NCBI GenBank assembly: GCA_964016885.1
Contig: CAXHJY010000928.1
Span: 806,001 to 870,000, forward strand
Direction of reading: 5' to 3'
Source of the DNA: Eledone cirrhosa
Lineage: Eukaryota
Length of the DNA stretch: 64,000 bases
The translations under genes were made by a program, and so were the position numbers. Positions 46,501 through 59,300 of this stretch are shown here, one piece after another. The first letter of the stretch is position 1; the number at the start of each line of letters is the position of its first letter. Under the pieces are notes generated by a model, which saw only the letters and a list, made by a program, of their open reading frames with translations, ran no database searches and was not told the DNA's origin.

Positions 46501-47500
46501 ATTACTGGGAGTCAAATTACTGGGAGATAAATTACTGGGAGTCAAATTACTGGGAGATAAATTACTGGGAGTCAAACTACTGGGAGATAAATTACTGGGA
46601 GATTAATTACTGGGAGTCAAATTACTGGGAGATAAATTACTGGGAGATAAATTACTGGGAGTCAAATTACAGGGAGATAATTTACTGGGAGTCAAATTAC
46701 TGGGAGATATATTACTGGGAGTTAAATTACTGGGAGATAAATTACTGGGAGTCAAATTACTGGGAGATAAATTACTGGGAGTCAAATTACTGGGAGTTAA
46801 ATTACTGGGAGTCAAATTACTGGGAGTAAAATTACTGTGAGTTAAATTACTGGGAGTCAAATTACTGGGAGATAAATTACTGGGAGATAAATTACTGGGA
46901 GTCAAATTACTGGGAGTTAAATTACTGGGAGTCAAATTACTGGGAGTCAAATTACTGGGAGATAAATTACTGGAAGATAAATTACTGGGAGTCAAATTAC
47001 TGGGAGTTAAATTACTGGGAGATAAATTACTGGGAGTTAAATTACTGGGAGTCAAATTACTGGTAGATAAATTAATGGGAGATAAATTACTGGGAGTTAA
47101 ATTACTGGGAGTCAAATTACTGGGAGAAAAATTACTGGGAGTCAAATTTCTGGGAGTCAAATTACTGGGAGATAAATTACTGTGGGTCAAATTACTGGGG
47201 GATAAATTACTGGGAGATAAATTACTGGGAGTCAAATTACTGGGAGATATATTACTGGGAGATAAATTACTGGGAGTCAAATTACTGCGAGATAAATTAC
47301 TGGGAGTCAAATTACTGGGAGACAAATTACTGGGAGATAAATTACTGGGAGTTAAATTATTGGGAGATAAATTACTGGGAGTCAAATTACTGGGAGATAA
47401 ATTACTGGGAGTCAAATTACTGGGAGTCAAATTACTGGGAGACAAATTACTGGGAGATAAATTACTGGGAGTTAAATTATTGGGAGATAAATTACTGGGA
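43560..47500 (+). repeat. 2,460-bp duplication containing a 900-bp (60-monomer) tandem duplication
   Basis: 44143->46603 = 2,460 and 44615->45515 = 900. The ACAGGGAGATAATTTAC marker occurs at ~42151, ~44209, ~45109 and ~46669. Confidence 0.85.
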
Positions 47501-50500
47501 GACAAATTACTGGGAGATAAATTACTGGGAGTTAAATTATTGGGAGATAAATTACTGGGAGTCAAATTACTGGGAGATAAATTACTGGGAGTCAAATTAC
47601 TGCGAGATAAATTACTGGGAGTTAAATTACTGGGAAATAAATTACTGGGAGATAAATTACTGGGAGATAAATTACTGGGAGTCAAATTACACGGAGATAA
47701 ATTACTGGGAGTCAAATTACTGGGAGATAAATTACTGGGAGTCAAATTACTGGGAGATAAATTACTGGGAGTTGAATTACTGGGAGTCAAATTACTGGGA
47801 GTTAAATTACTGGGAGTTAAATTACTGGGAGTCAAATTACTGGGAGATAAATTACTGGGATTTAAATTACTGGGAGTAAAATTACTGGGAGTAAAATTAC
47901 TGGGAGTTAAATTACTGGGAGTCAAATTACTGGGAGATAAATTACTGGGAGTCAAATTACTGGGAGTTAAATTACTGGGAGTCAAATTACTGGGAGTCAA
48001 ATTACTGGGAAATAAATTACTGGGAGATAAATTACTGGGAGTCAAATTACTGGGAGATAAATTAATAGGAGATAAATTACTGGGAGTTAAATTACTGGGA
48101 GTCAAATTACAGGGAGATAAATTACTGGGAGTCAAATTACTGGGAGATTAATTACTGGGAGTCAAATTAGTGGGAGATAAATTACTGGGAGTCAAATTAC
48201 TGGGAGATAAATTACTGGGAGTTAAATTACTGGGAGATAAATTACTGGGAGTTAAATTACTGGGAGATAAATTACTGGGAGTAAAAATTACTGGGAGATA
48301 AATTACTGGGAGTTAAATTACTGAGAGTCAAATTACTGGGAGTCAAATTATTGGGAGATAAATTACTGGGTGTTAAATTACTGGGAGTCAAATGACTGGG
48401 AGATAAATTACTGGGAGTCAAATTACTGGTAGATAAATTACTGGGGGTCAAATTACTGGGAGATAAATTACTGGGAGTTAAATTACTGGGAGTCAAATTA
48501 CTGGGAGATAAATTACTGGGAGTCAAATTACTGGGAGATAAATTACTGGGAGTCAAATTACTGGGAGTTAAATTACTGGGAGATAAATTACTGGGAGTTA
48601 AATTACTGGGAGTCAAATTACTGGGAGATAAATTACTGGGACTCAAATTACTGGGAGATAAATTAATGGGAGATAAATTACTGGGAGTTAAATTACTGGG
48701 AGTCAAATTACTGGGAGATAAATTACTGGGGGTCAAATTACTGGGAGATAAATTACTGGGAGTCAAATTACTGGGAGATAAATTACTGGCAGATAAATTA
48801 CTGTGAGTTAAATTACTGGGAGATAAATTACTGGGAGTCAAATTACTGGGAGATAAATTACTGGGAGTTAAATTACTGGGAGTCAAATTACTGGGAGATA
48901 AATTACTGGGGGTCAAATTACTGGGAGATAAATTACTGGGAGTCAAATTACTGGGAGATAAATTACTGGCAGATAAATTACTGTGAGTTAAATTACTGGG
49001 AGTCAAATTACTGGGAGAAAAATTACTGGGAGATAAATTACTGGGAGTTAAATTACTGGGAGATAAATTACTGGGAGTAAAAATTACTGGGAGATAAATT
49101 ACTGGGAGTTAAATTACTGTGAGTTCAATTACTGGGAGATAAATTACTGGGAGTCAAATTACTGCGAGATAAATTACTGGGAGTTAAATTACTGGGAAAT
49201 AAATTACTGGGAGATAAATTACTGGGAGTTAAATTACTGGGAGATAAATTACTGGGAGTAAAAATTACTGGGAGATAAATTACTGGGAGTCAAATTACTG
49301 GGAGATAAATTACTGGGAGTCAAATTACTGGGAGATAAATTACTGGGAGTCAAATTACTGCGAGATAAATTACTGGGAGTTAAATTACTGGGAGATAAAT
49401 TACTGGGAAATAAATTACTGGGAGATAAATTACTGGGAGTCAAATTACAGGGAGATAAATTACTGGGAGTCAAATTAGTGGGGGATAAATTACTGGGAGT
49501 TAAATTACTGGGAGATAAATTGCTGGGAGTTAAATTACTGGGAGATAAATTACTGGGAGTCAAATTACTGGGAGTTAAATTAATGGGAGTTAAATTACTG
49601 GGAGATAAATTGCTGGGAGTTAAATTACTGGGAGTCAAATTACTGGGAGATAAATTACTGGGGGTCAAATTACTGGGAGATAAATTACTGGGAGAAAAAT
49701 TACTGGGAGTCAAATTACTGGGAGATAAATTACTGGGAGTTAAATTACTGGGAGATAAATTACTGGGAGTAAAAATTACTAGGAGATAAATTACTGGGAG
49801 TTAAATTACTGAGAGTCAAATTACTGGGAGATAAATTACTGGGAGATAAATTACTGGGAGTCAAATTACTGGGAGATAAATTACTGGGAGATAAATTACT
49901 GGGAGTTAAATTATTGGGAGATAAATTACTGGGAGTCAAATTACTGGGAGATAAATTACTGGGAGTCAAATTACTGGGAGATAAATTACTGGGAGTCAAA
50001 TTACTGGGAAATAAATTACTGGGAGTCAAATTACTGCCAGATAAATTACTGGGAGTTAAATTACTGGGAAATAAATTACTGGGAGGTAAATTACTGGGAG
50101 ATAAATTACTGGGAGTCAAATTACTGGGAGATAAATTACTGGGAGTCAAATTACTGGGAGTCAAATTACTGGGAGACAAATTACTGGGAGATAAATTACT
50201 GGGAGTTAAATTATTGGGAGATAAATTACTGGGAGACAAATTACTGGGAGATAAATTACTGGGAGTTAAATTATTGGGAGATAAATTACTGGGAGTCAAA
50301 TTACTGGGAGATAAATTACTGGGAGTCAAATTACTGCGAGATAAATTACTGGGAGTTAAATTACTGGGAAATAAATTACTGGGAGATAAATTACTGGGAG
50401 ATAAATTACTGGGAGTCAAATTACACGGAGATAAATTACTGGGAGTCAAATTACTGGGAGATAAATTACTGGGAGTCAAATTACTGGGAGATAAATTACT

Positions 50501-52840
50501 GGGAGTTGAATTACTGGGAGTCAAATTACTGGGAGTTAAATTACTGGGAGTTAAATTACTGGGAGTCAAATTACTGGGAGATAAATTACTGGGATTTAAA
50601 TTACTGGGAGTAAAATTACTGGGAGTAAAATTACTGTGAGTTAAATTACTGGGAGTCAAATTACTGGGAGATAAATTACTGGGAGTCAAATTACTGGGAG
50701 TTAAATTACTGGGAGTCAAATTACTGGGAGTCAAATTACTGGGAAATAAATTACTGGGAGATAAATTACTGGGAGTCAAATTACTGGGAGATAAATTAAT
50801 AGGAGATAAATTACTGGGAGTTAAATTACTGGGAGTCAAATTACAGGGAGATAAATTACTGGGAGTCAAATTACTGGGAGATTAATTACTGGGAGTCAAA
50901 TTAGTGGGAGATAAATTACTGGGAGTCAAATTACTGGGAGATAAATTACTGGGAGTTAAATTACTGGGAGATAAATTACTGGGAGTTAAATTACTGGGAG
51001 ATAAATTACTGGGAGTAAAAATTACTGGGAGATAAATTACTGGGAGTTAAATTACTGAGAGTCAAATTACTGGGAGTCAAATTATTGGGAGATAAATTAC
51101 TGGGTGTTAAATTACTGGGAGTCAAATGACTGGGAGATAAATTACTGGGAGTCAAATTACTGGTAGATAAATTACTGGGGGTCAAATTACTGGGAGATAA
51201 ATTACTGGGAGTTAAATTACTGGGAGTCAAATTACTGGGAGATAAATTACTGGGAGTCAAATTACTGGGAGATAAATTACTGGGAGTCAAATTACTGGGA
51301 GTTAAATTACTGGGAGATAAATTACTGGGAGTTAAATTACTGGGAGTCAAATTACTGGGAGATAAATTACTGGGACTCAAATTACTGGGAGATAAATTAA
51401 TGGGAGATAAATTACTGGGAGTTAAATTACTGGGAGTCAAATTACTGGGAGATAAATTACTGGGGGTCAAATTACTGGGAGATAAATTACTGGGAGTCAA
51501 ATTACTGGGAGATAAATTACTGGCAGATAAATTACTGTGAGTTAAATTACTGGGAGATAAATTACTGGGAGTCAAATTACTGGGAGATAAATTACTGGGA
51601 GTTAAATTACTGGGAGTCAAATTACTGGGAGATAAATTACTGGGGGTCAAATTACTGGGAGATAAATTACTGGGAGTCAAATTACTGGGAGATAAATTAC
51701 TGGCAGATAAATTACTGTGAGTTAAATTACTGGGAGTCAAATTACTGGGAGAAAAATTACTGGGAGATAAATTACTGGGAGTTAAATTACTGGGAGATAA
51801 ATTACTGGGAGTCAAAATTACTGGGAGATAAATTACTGGGAGTTAAATTACTGTGAGTTCAATTACTGGGAGATAAATTACTGGGAGTCAAATTACTGCG
51901 AGATAAATTACTGGGAGTTAAATTACTGGGAAATAAATTACTGGGAGATAAATTACTGGGAGTTAAATTACTGGGAGATAAATTACTGGGAGTAAAAATT
52001 ACTGGGAGATAAATTACTGGGAGTCAAATTACTGGGAGATAAATTACTGGGAGTCAAATTACTGGGAGATAAATTACTGGGAGTCAAATTACTGCGAGAT
52101 AAATTACTGGGAGTTAAATTACTGGGAGATAAATTACTGGGAAATAAATTACTGGGAGATAAATTACTGGGAGTCAAATTACAGGGAGATAAATTACTGG
52201 GAGTCAAATTAGTGGGGGATAAATTACTGGGAGTTAAATTACTGGGAGATAAATTGCTGGGAGTTAAATTACTGGGAGATAAATTACTGGGAGTCAAATT
52301 ACTGGGAGTTAAATTAATGGGAGTTAAATTACTGGGAGATAAATTGCTGGGAGTTAAATTACTGGGAGTCAAATTACTGGGAGATAAATTACTGGGGGTC
52401 AAATTACTGGGAGATAAATTACTGGGAGAAAAATTACTGGGAGTCAAATTACTGGGAGATAAATTACTGGGAGTTAAATTACTGGGAGATAAATTACTGG
52501 GAGTAAAAATTACTAGGAGATAAATTACTGGGAGTTAAATTACTGAGAGTCAAATTACTGGGAGATAAATTACTGGGAGATAAATTACTGGGAGTCAAAT
52601 TACTGGGAGATAAATTACTGGGAGATAAATTACTGGGAGTTAAATTATTGGGAGATAAATTACTGGGAGTCAAATTACTGGGAGATAAATTACTGGGAGT
52701 CAAATTACTGGGAGATAAATTACTGGGAGTCAAATTACTGGGAAATAAATTACTGGGAGTCAAATTACTGCCAGATAAATTACTGGGAGTTAAATTACTG
52801 GGAAATAAATTACTGGGAGGTAAATTACTGGGAGATAAAT
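47370..52840 (+). repeat. 2,734-bp tandem duplication (2 copies)
   Basis: 48135->50869, 48272->51006, 49249->51983 and 49760->52494 are all +2,734. Shared private variants include AGTGGGGGAT and the paired CTGGCAGAT-CTGTGAGTT units. Confidence 0.9.
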
Positions 52841-55800
52841 TACTGGGAGTAAAAATTACTGGGAGATAAATTACTGGCAGTTAAATTACTGGGAGTCAAA
52901 TTACTGGGAGTCAAATTACTGGGAGATAAATTACTGGGTGTTAAATTACTGGGAGTCAAATTATTGGGAGATAAATTACTGGGAGTCAAATTACTGGTAG
53001 ATAAATTACTGGGAGTTAAATTACTGGGAGATAAATTACTGGGAGATAAATTAGTGGGAGTTAAATTACTGGGAGATAAATTGCTGGGAGTTAAATTACT
53101 GGGAGATAAATTACTGGGAGTAAAAATTACTGGGAGATAAATTACTGGGAGTTAAATTACTGAGAGTCAAATTACTGGGAGTCAAATTATTGGGAGATAA
53201 ATTACTGGGTGTTAAATTACTGGGAGTCAAATGACTGGGAGATAAATTACTGGGAGTCAAATTACTGGGAGATAAATTACTGGGAGATAAATTACTGGGA
53301 GTCAAATTACTGCGAGATAAATTACTGGGAGTCAAATTACTGGGAGATAAATTACTGGGAGATAAATTACTGGGACTCAAATTACTGGGAGATAAATTAC
53401 TGGGAGTTAAATTACTGGGAGTCAAATTACTGGGAGAAAAATTACTGGGAGTCAAATTTCTGGGAGTCAAATTACTGGGAGTCAAATTACTGGGAGATAA
53501 ATTACTGGGAGTTAAATTATTGGGAGATAAATTACTGGGTGTCAAATTACTGGGAGATAAATTACTGGGAGTCAAATTACTGGGAGATAAATTACTGGGA
53601 GTCAAATTACTGAGAGATAAACTACTGGGAGATAAATTACTGGGAGTCAAATTACTGCGAGATAAATTACTGCGAGATAAATTACTGGGAGATAAATTAC
53701 TGGGAGTCAAATTACTGGGAGATAAATTACTGGGAGATAAATTACTGGGAGATAAATTACTGGGAATCAAATTACTGGGAGATAAATTACTGGGAGTCAA
53801 ATTACTGGGAGTTAAATTACTGGGAGATAAATTACTGGGAGTTAAATTACTGGGAGTCAAATTACTGGTAGATAAATTACTGGGACTCAAATTACTGGGA
53901 GATAAATTAATAGGAGATAAATTACTGGGAGTTAAATTACTGGGAGTCAAATTACAGGGAGATAAATTACTGGGAGTCAAATTACTGGGAGATTAATTAC
54001 TGGGAGTCAAATTAGTGGGAGATAAATTACTGGGAGTCAAATTACTGGGAGATAAATTACTGGGAGTTAAATTACTGGGAGATAAATTACTGGGAGTTAA
54101 ATTACTGGGAGATAAATTACTGGGAGTAAAAATTACTGGGAGATAAATTACTGGGAGTTAAATTACTGAGAGTCAAATTACTGGGAGTCAAATTATTGGG
54201 AGATAAATTACTGGGTGTTAAATTACTGGGAGTCAAATGACTGGGAGATAAATTACTGGGAGTCAAATTACTGGTAGATAAATTACTGGGGGTCAAATTA
54301 CTGGGAGATAAATTACTGGGAGTTAAATTACTGGGAGTCAAATTACTGGGAGATAAATTACTGGGAGTCAAATTACTGGGAGATAAATTACTGGGAGTCA
54401 AATTACTGGGAGTTAAATTACTGGGAGATAAATTACTGGGAGTCAAATTACTGGGAGATAAATTACTGGGACTCAAATTACTGGGAGATAAATTAATGGG
54501 AGATAAATTACTGGGAGTTAAATTACTGGGAGTCAAATTACTGGGAGATAAATTACTGGGAGATAAATTACTGGGAGAAAAATTACTGGGAGTCAAATTA
54601 CTGGGCGATAAATTACTGGGAGTTAAATTACTGGGAGATAAATTACTGGGAGTAAAAATTACTGGGAGATAAATTACTGGGAGTTAAATTACTGTGAGTT
54701 CAATTACTGGGAGATAAATTACTGGGAGTCAAATTACTGCGAGATAAATTACTGGGAGTTAAATTACTGGGAAATAAATTACTGGGAGATAAATTACTGG
54801 GAGTTAAATTACTGGGAGATAAATTACTGGTAGTAAAAATTACTGGGAGATAAATTACTGGGAGATAAATTACTGTGAGTTCAATTACTGGGAGATAAAT
54901 TACTGGGAGTCAAATTACTGCGAGATAAATTACTGGGAGTTAAATTACTGGGAAATAAATTACTGGGAGATAAATTACTGGGAGATAAATTACTGGGAGT
55001 CAAATTACACGGAGATAAATTACTGGGAGTCAAATTACTGGGAGATAAATTACTGGGAGTCAAATTACTGGGAGATAAATTACTGGGAGATAAATTACTG
55101 GGAGTTGAATTACTGGGAGTCAAATTACTGGGAGATAAATTACTGGGAGTTAAATTACTGGGAGTCAAATTACTGGGAGATAAATTACTGGGAGTTAAAT
55201 TACTGGGAGTAAAATTACTGGGAGTAAAATTACTGTGAGTTAAATTACTGGGAGTCAAATTACTGGGAGATAAATTACTGGGAGTCAAATTACTGGGAGT
55301 TAAATTACTGGGAGTCAAATTACTGGGAGTCAAATTACTGGGAGATAAATTACTGGGAGTCAAATTACTGGGAGATAAATTACTGGCAGATAAATTACTG
55401 TGAGTTAAATTACTGGGAGATAAATTACTGGGAGTCAAATTACTGGGAGATAAATTACTGGGAGTTAAATTACTGGGAGTCAAATTACTGGGAGATAAAT
55501 TACTGGGACTCAAATTACTGGGAGTTAAATTACTGGGAGTCAAACTACTGGGAGATAAATTACTGGGAGATAAATTACTGGGAGTCAAATTACTGGGAGA
55601 TAAATTACTGGGAGATAAATTACTGGGAGATAAATTACGGGATTCAAATTACTGCGAGATAAATTACTGGGAGATATATTACTGGGAGATAAATTACTGG
55701 GAGTCAAATTACTGCGAGATAAATTACTGGGAGTCAAATTACTGGGAGACAAATTACTGGGAGATAAATTACTGGGAGTCAAATTGCTGGGAGATAAATT

Positions 55801-56320
55801 ACTGGGAGTCAAATTACTGGGAGATAAACTACTGGGAGATAAATTACTGGGAGTCAAATTACTGGGAGATAAATTACTGGGTGATAAATTACTGGGAGTA
55901 AAATTACTGTGAGTTAAATTACTGGGAGTCAAATTACTGGGAGATAAATTACTGGGAGATAAATTACTGGGAGTCAAATTACTGGGAGTTAAATTACTGG
56001 GAGTCAAATTACTGGGAGTCAAATTACTGGGAGATAAATTACTGGGAGGTAAATTACTGGGAGTCAAATTACTGGGAGATAAATTACTGGGAGATAAATT
56101 ACTGGGAGTCAAATTACTGGGAGATAAATTACTGGGAGTTAAATTACTGGGAGTCAAATTACTGGGAGTTAAATTACTGGGAGTCAAATTACTGGGAGAT
56201 AAATTACTGGGAGTCAAACTACTGGGAGATAAATTACTGAGAGATAAAATACTGGGAGTCAAATTACTGAGAGATAAATTACTGGGAGATAAATTACTGG
56301 GAGATAAATTACTGGGAGTC
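52300..56320 (+). repeat. Distant copy of ~28.3-32.2 kb (offset ~24 kb)
   Basis: 28502->52494 and 29119->53111 (+23,992), 30020->54117 (+24,097). The same marker order continues into the sub-family B unit. Confidence 0.8.
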
Positions 56321-59300
56321 AAATTACTGGGAGATAAATTACTGGGAGTTAAATTACTGTGAGTTCAATTACTGGGAGATAAATTACTGGGAGTCAAATT
56401 ACTGCGAGATAAATTACTGGGAGTTAAATTACTGGGAAATAAATTACTGGGAGATAAATTACTGGGAGTTAAATTACTGGGAGATAAATTACTGGTAGTA
56501 AAAATTACTGGGAGATAAATTACTGGGAGATAAATTACTGTGAGTTCAATTACTGGGAGATAAATTACTGGGAGTCAAATTACTGCGAGATAAATTACTG
56601 GGAGTTAAATTACTGGGAAATAAATTACTGGGAGATAAATTACTGGGAGATAAATTACTGGGAGTCAAATTACACGGAGATAAATTACTGGGAGTCAAAT
56701 TACTGGGAGATAAATTACTGGGAGTCAAATTACTGGGAGATAAATTACTGGGAGATAAATTACTGGGAGTTGAATTACTGGGAGTCAAATTACTGGGAGA
56801 TAAATTACTGGGAGTTAAATTACTGGGAGTCAAATTACTGGGAGATAAATTACTGGGAGTTAAATTACTGGGAGTAAAATTACTGGGAGTAAAATTACTG
56901 TGAGTTAAATTACTGGGAGTCAAATTACTGGGAGATAAATTACTGGGAGTCAAATTACTGGGAGATAAATTACTGGCAGATAAATTACTGTGAGTTAAAT
57001 TACTGGGAGATAAATTACTGGGAGTCAAATTACTGGGAGATAAATTACTGGGAGTTAAATTACTGGGAGTCAAATTACTGGGAGATAAATTACTGGGACT
57101 CAAATTACTGGGAGTTAAATTACTGGGAGTCAAACTACTGGGAGATAAATTACTGGGAGATAAATTACTGGGAGTCAAATTACTGGGAGATAAATTACTG
57201 GGAGATAAATTACTGGGAGATAAATTACTGGGAGATAAATTACTGGGATTCAAATTACTGCGAGATAAATTACTGGGAGATATATTACTGGGAGATAAAT
57301 TACTGGGAGTCAAATTACTGCGAGATAAATTACTGGGAGTCAAATTACTGGGAGACAAATTACTGGGAGATAAATTACTGGGAGTCAAATTGCTGGGAGA
57401 TAAATTACTGGGAGTCAAATTACTGGGAGATAAACTACTGGGAGATAAATTACTGGGAGTCAAATTACTGGGAGATAAATTACTGGGTGATAAATTACTG
57501 GGAGTAAAATTACTGTGAGTTAAATTACTGGGAGTCAAATTACTGGGAGATAAATTACTGGGAGATAAATTACTGGGAGTCAAATTACTGGGAGTTAAAT
57601 TACTGGGAGTCAAATTACTGGGAGTCAAATTACTGGGAGATAAATTACTGGGAGGTAAATTACTGGGAGTCAAATTACTGGGAGATAAATTACTGGGAGA
57701 TAAATTACTGGGAGTCAAATTACTGGGAGATAAATTACTGGGAGTTTAATTACTGGGAGTCAAATTACTGGGAGTTAAATTACTGGGAGTCAAATTACTG
57801 GGAGATAAATTACTGGGAGTCAAACTACTGGTAGATAAATTACTGAGAGATAAAATACTGGGAGTCAAATTACTGAGAGATAAATTACTGGGAGATAAAT
57901 TACTGGGAGATAAATTACTGGGAGTCAAATTACTGGGAGATAAATTACTGGGAGATAAATTACTGGGAGTTAAATTACTGGGAGTCAAATTACTGGGAGA
58001 TAAATTACTGGGAGTTAAATTACTGGGAGTAAAATTACTGGGAGTAAAATTACTGTGAGTTAAATTACTGGGAGTCAAATTACTGGGAGATAAATTACTG
58101 GGAGTCAAATTACTGGGAGTTAAATTACTGGGAGTCAAATTACTGGGAGTCAAATTACTGGGAGATAAATTACTGGGAGTCAAATTACTGGGAGATAAAT
58201 TACTGGCAGATAAATTACTGTGAGTTAAATTACTGGGAGATAAATTACTGGGAGTCAAATTACTGGGAGATAAATTACTGGGAGTTAAATTACTGGGAGT
58301 CAAATTACTGGGAGATAAATTACTGGGACTCAAATTACTGGGAGTTAAATTACTGGGAGTCAAACTACTGGGAGATAAATTACTGGGAGATAAATTACTG
58401 GGAGTCAAATTACTGGGAGATAAATTACTGGGAGATAAATTACTGGGAGATAAATTACTGGGAGATAAATTACTGGGATTCAAATTACTGCGAGATAAAT
58501 TACTGGGAGATATATTACTGGGAGATAAATTACTGGGAGTCAAATTACTGCAAGATAAATTACTGGGAGTCAAATTACTGGGAGACAAATTACTGGGAGA
58601 TAAATTACTGGGAGTCAAATTGCTGGGAGATAAATTACTGGGAGTCAAATTACTGGGAGATAAACTACTGGGAGATAAATTACTGGGAGTCAAATTACTG
58701 GGAGATAAATTACTGGGTGATAAATTACTGGGAGTAAAATTACTGTGAGTTAAATTACTGGGAGTCAAATTACTGGGAGATAAATTACTGGGAGATAAAT
58801 TACTGGGAGTCAAATTACTGGGAGTTAAATTACTGGGAGTCAAATTACTGGGAGTCAAATTACTGGGAGATAAATTACTGGGAGATAAATTACTGGGAGT
58901 CAAATTACTGGGAGATAAATTACTGGGAGATAAATTACTGGGAGTCAAATTACTGGGAGATAAATTACTGGGAGTTAAATTACTGGGAGTCAAATTACTG
59001 GGAGTTAAATTACTGGGAGTCAAATTACTGGGAGATAAATTACTGGGAGTCAAACTACTGGGAGATAAATTACTGAGAGATAAAATACTGGGAGTCAAAT
59101 TACTGAGAGATAAATTACTGGGAGATAAATTACTGGGAGATAAATTACTGGGAGTCAAATTACTGGGAGATAAATTACTGGGAGTCAAATTACTTGGAGA
59201 TAAATTACTGGGAGATAAATTACTGGGAGTTGAATTACTGGGAGTCAAATTACTGGGAGATAAATTACTGGGAGTTAAATTACTGGGAGTCAAATTACTG

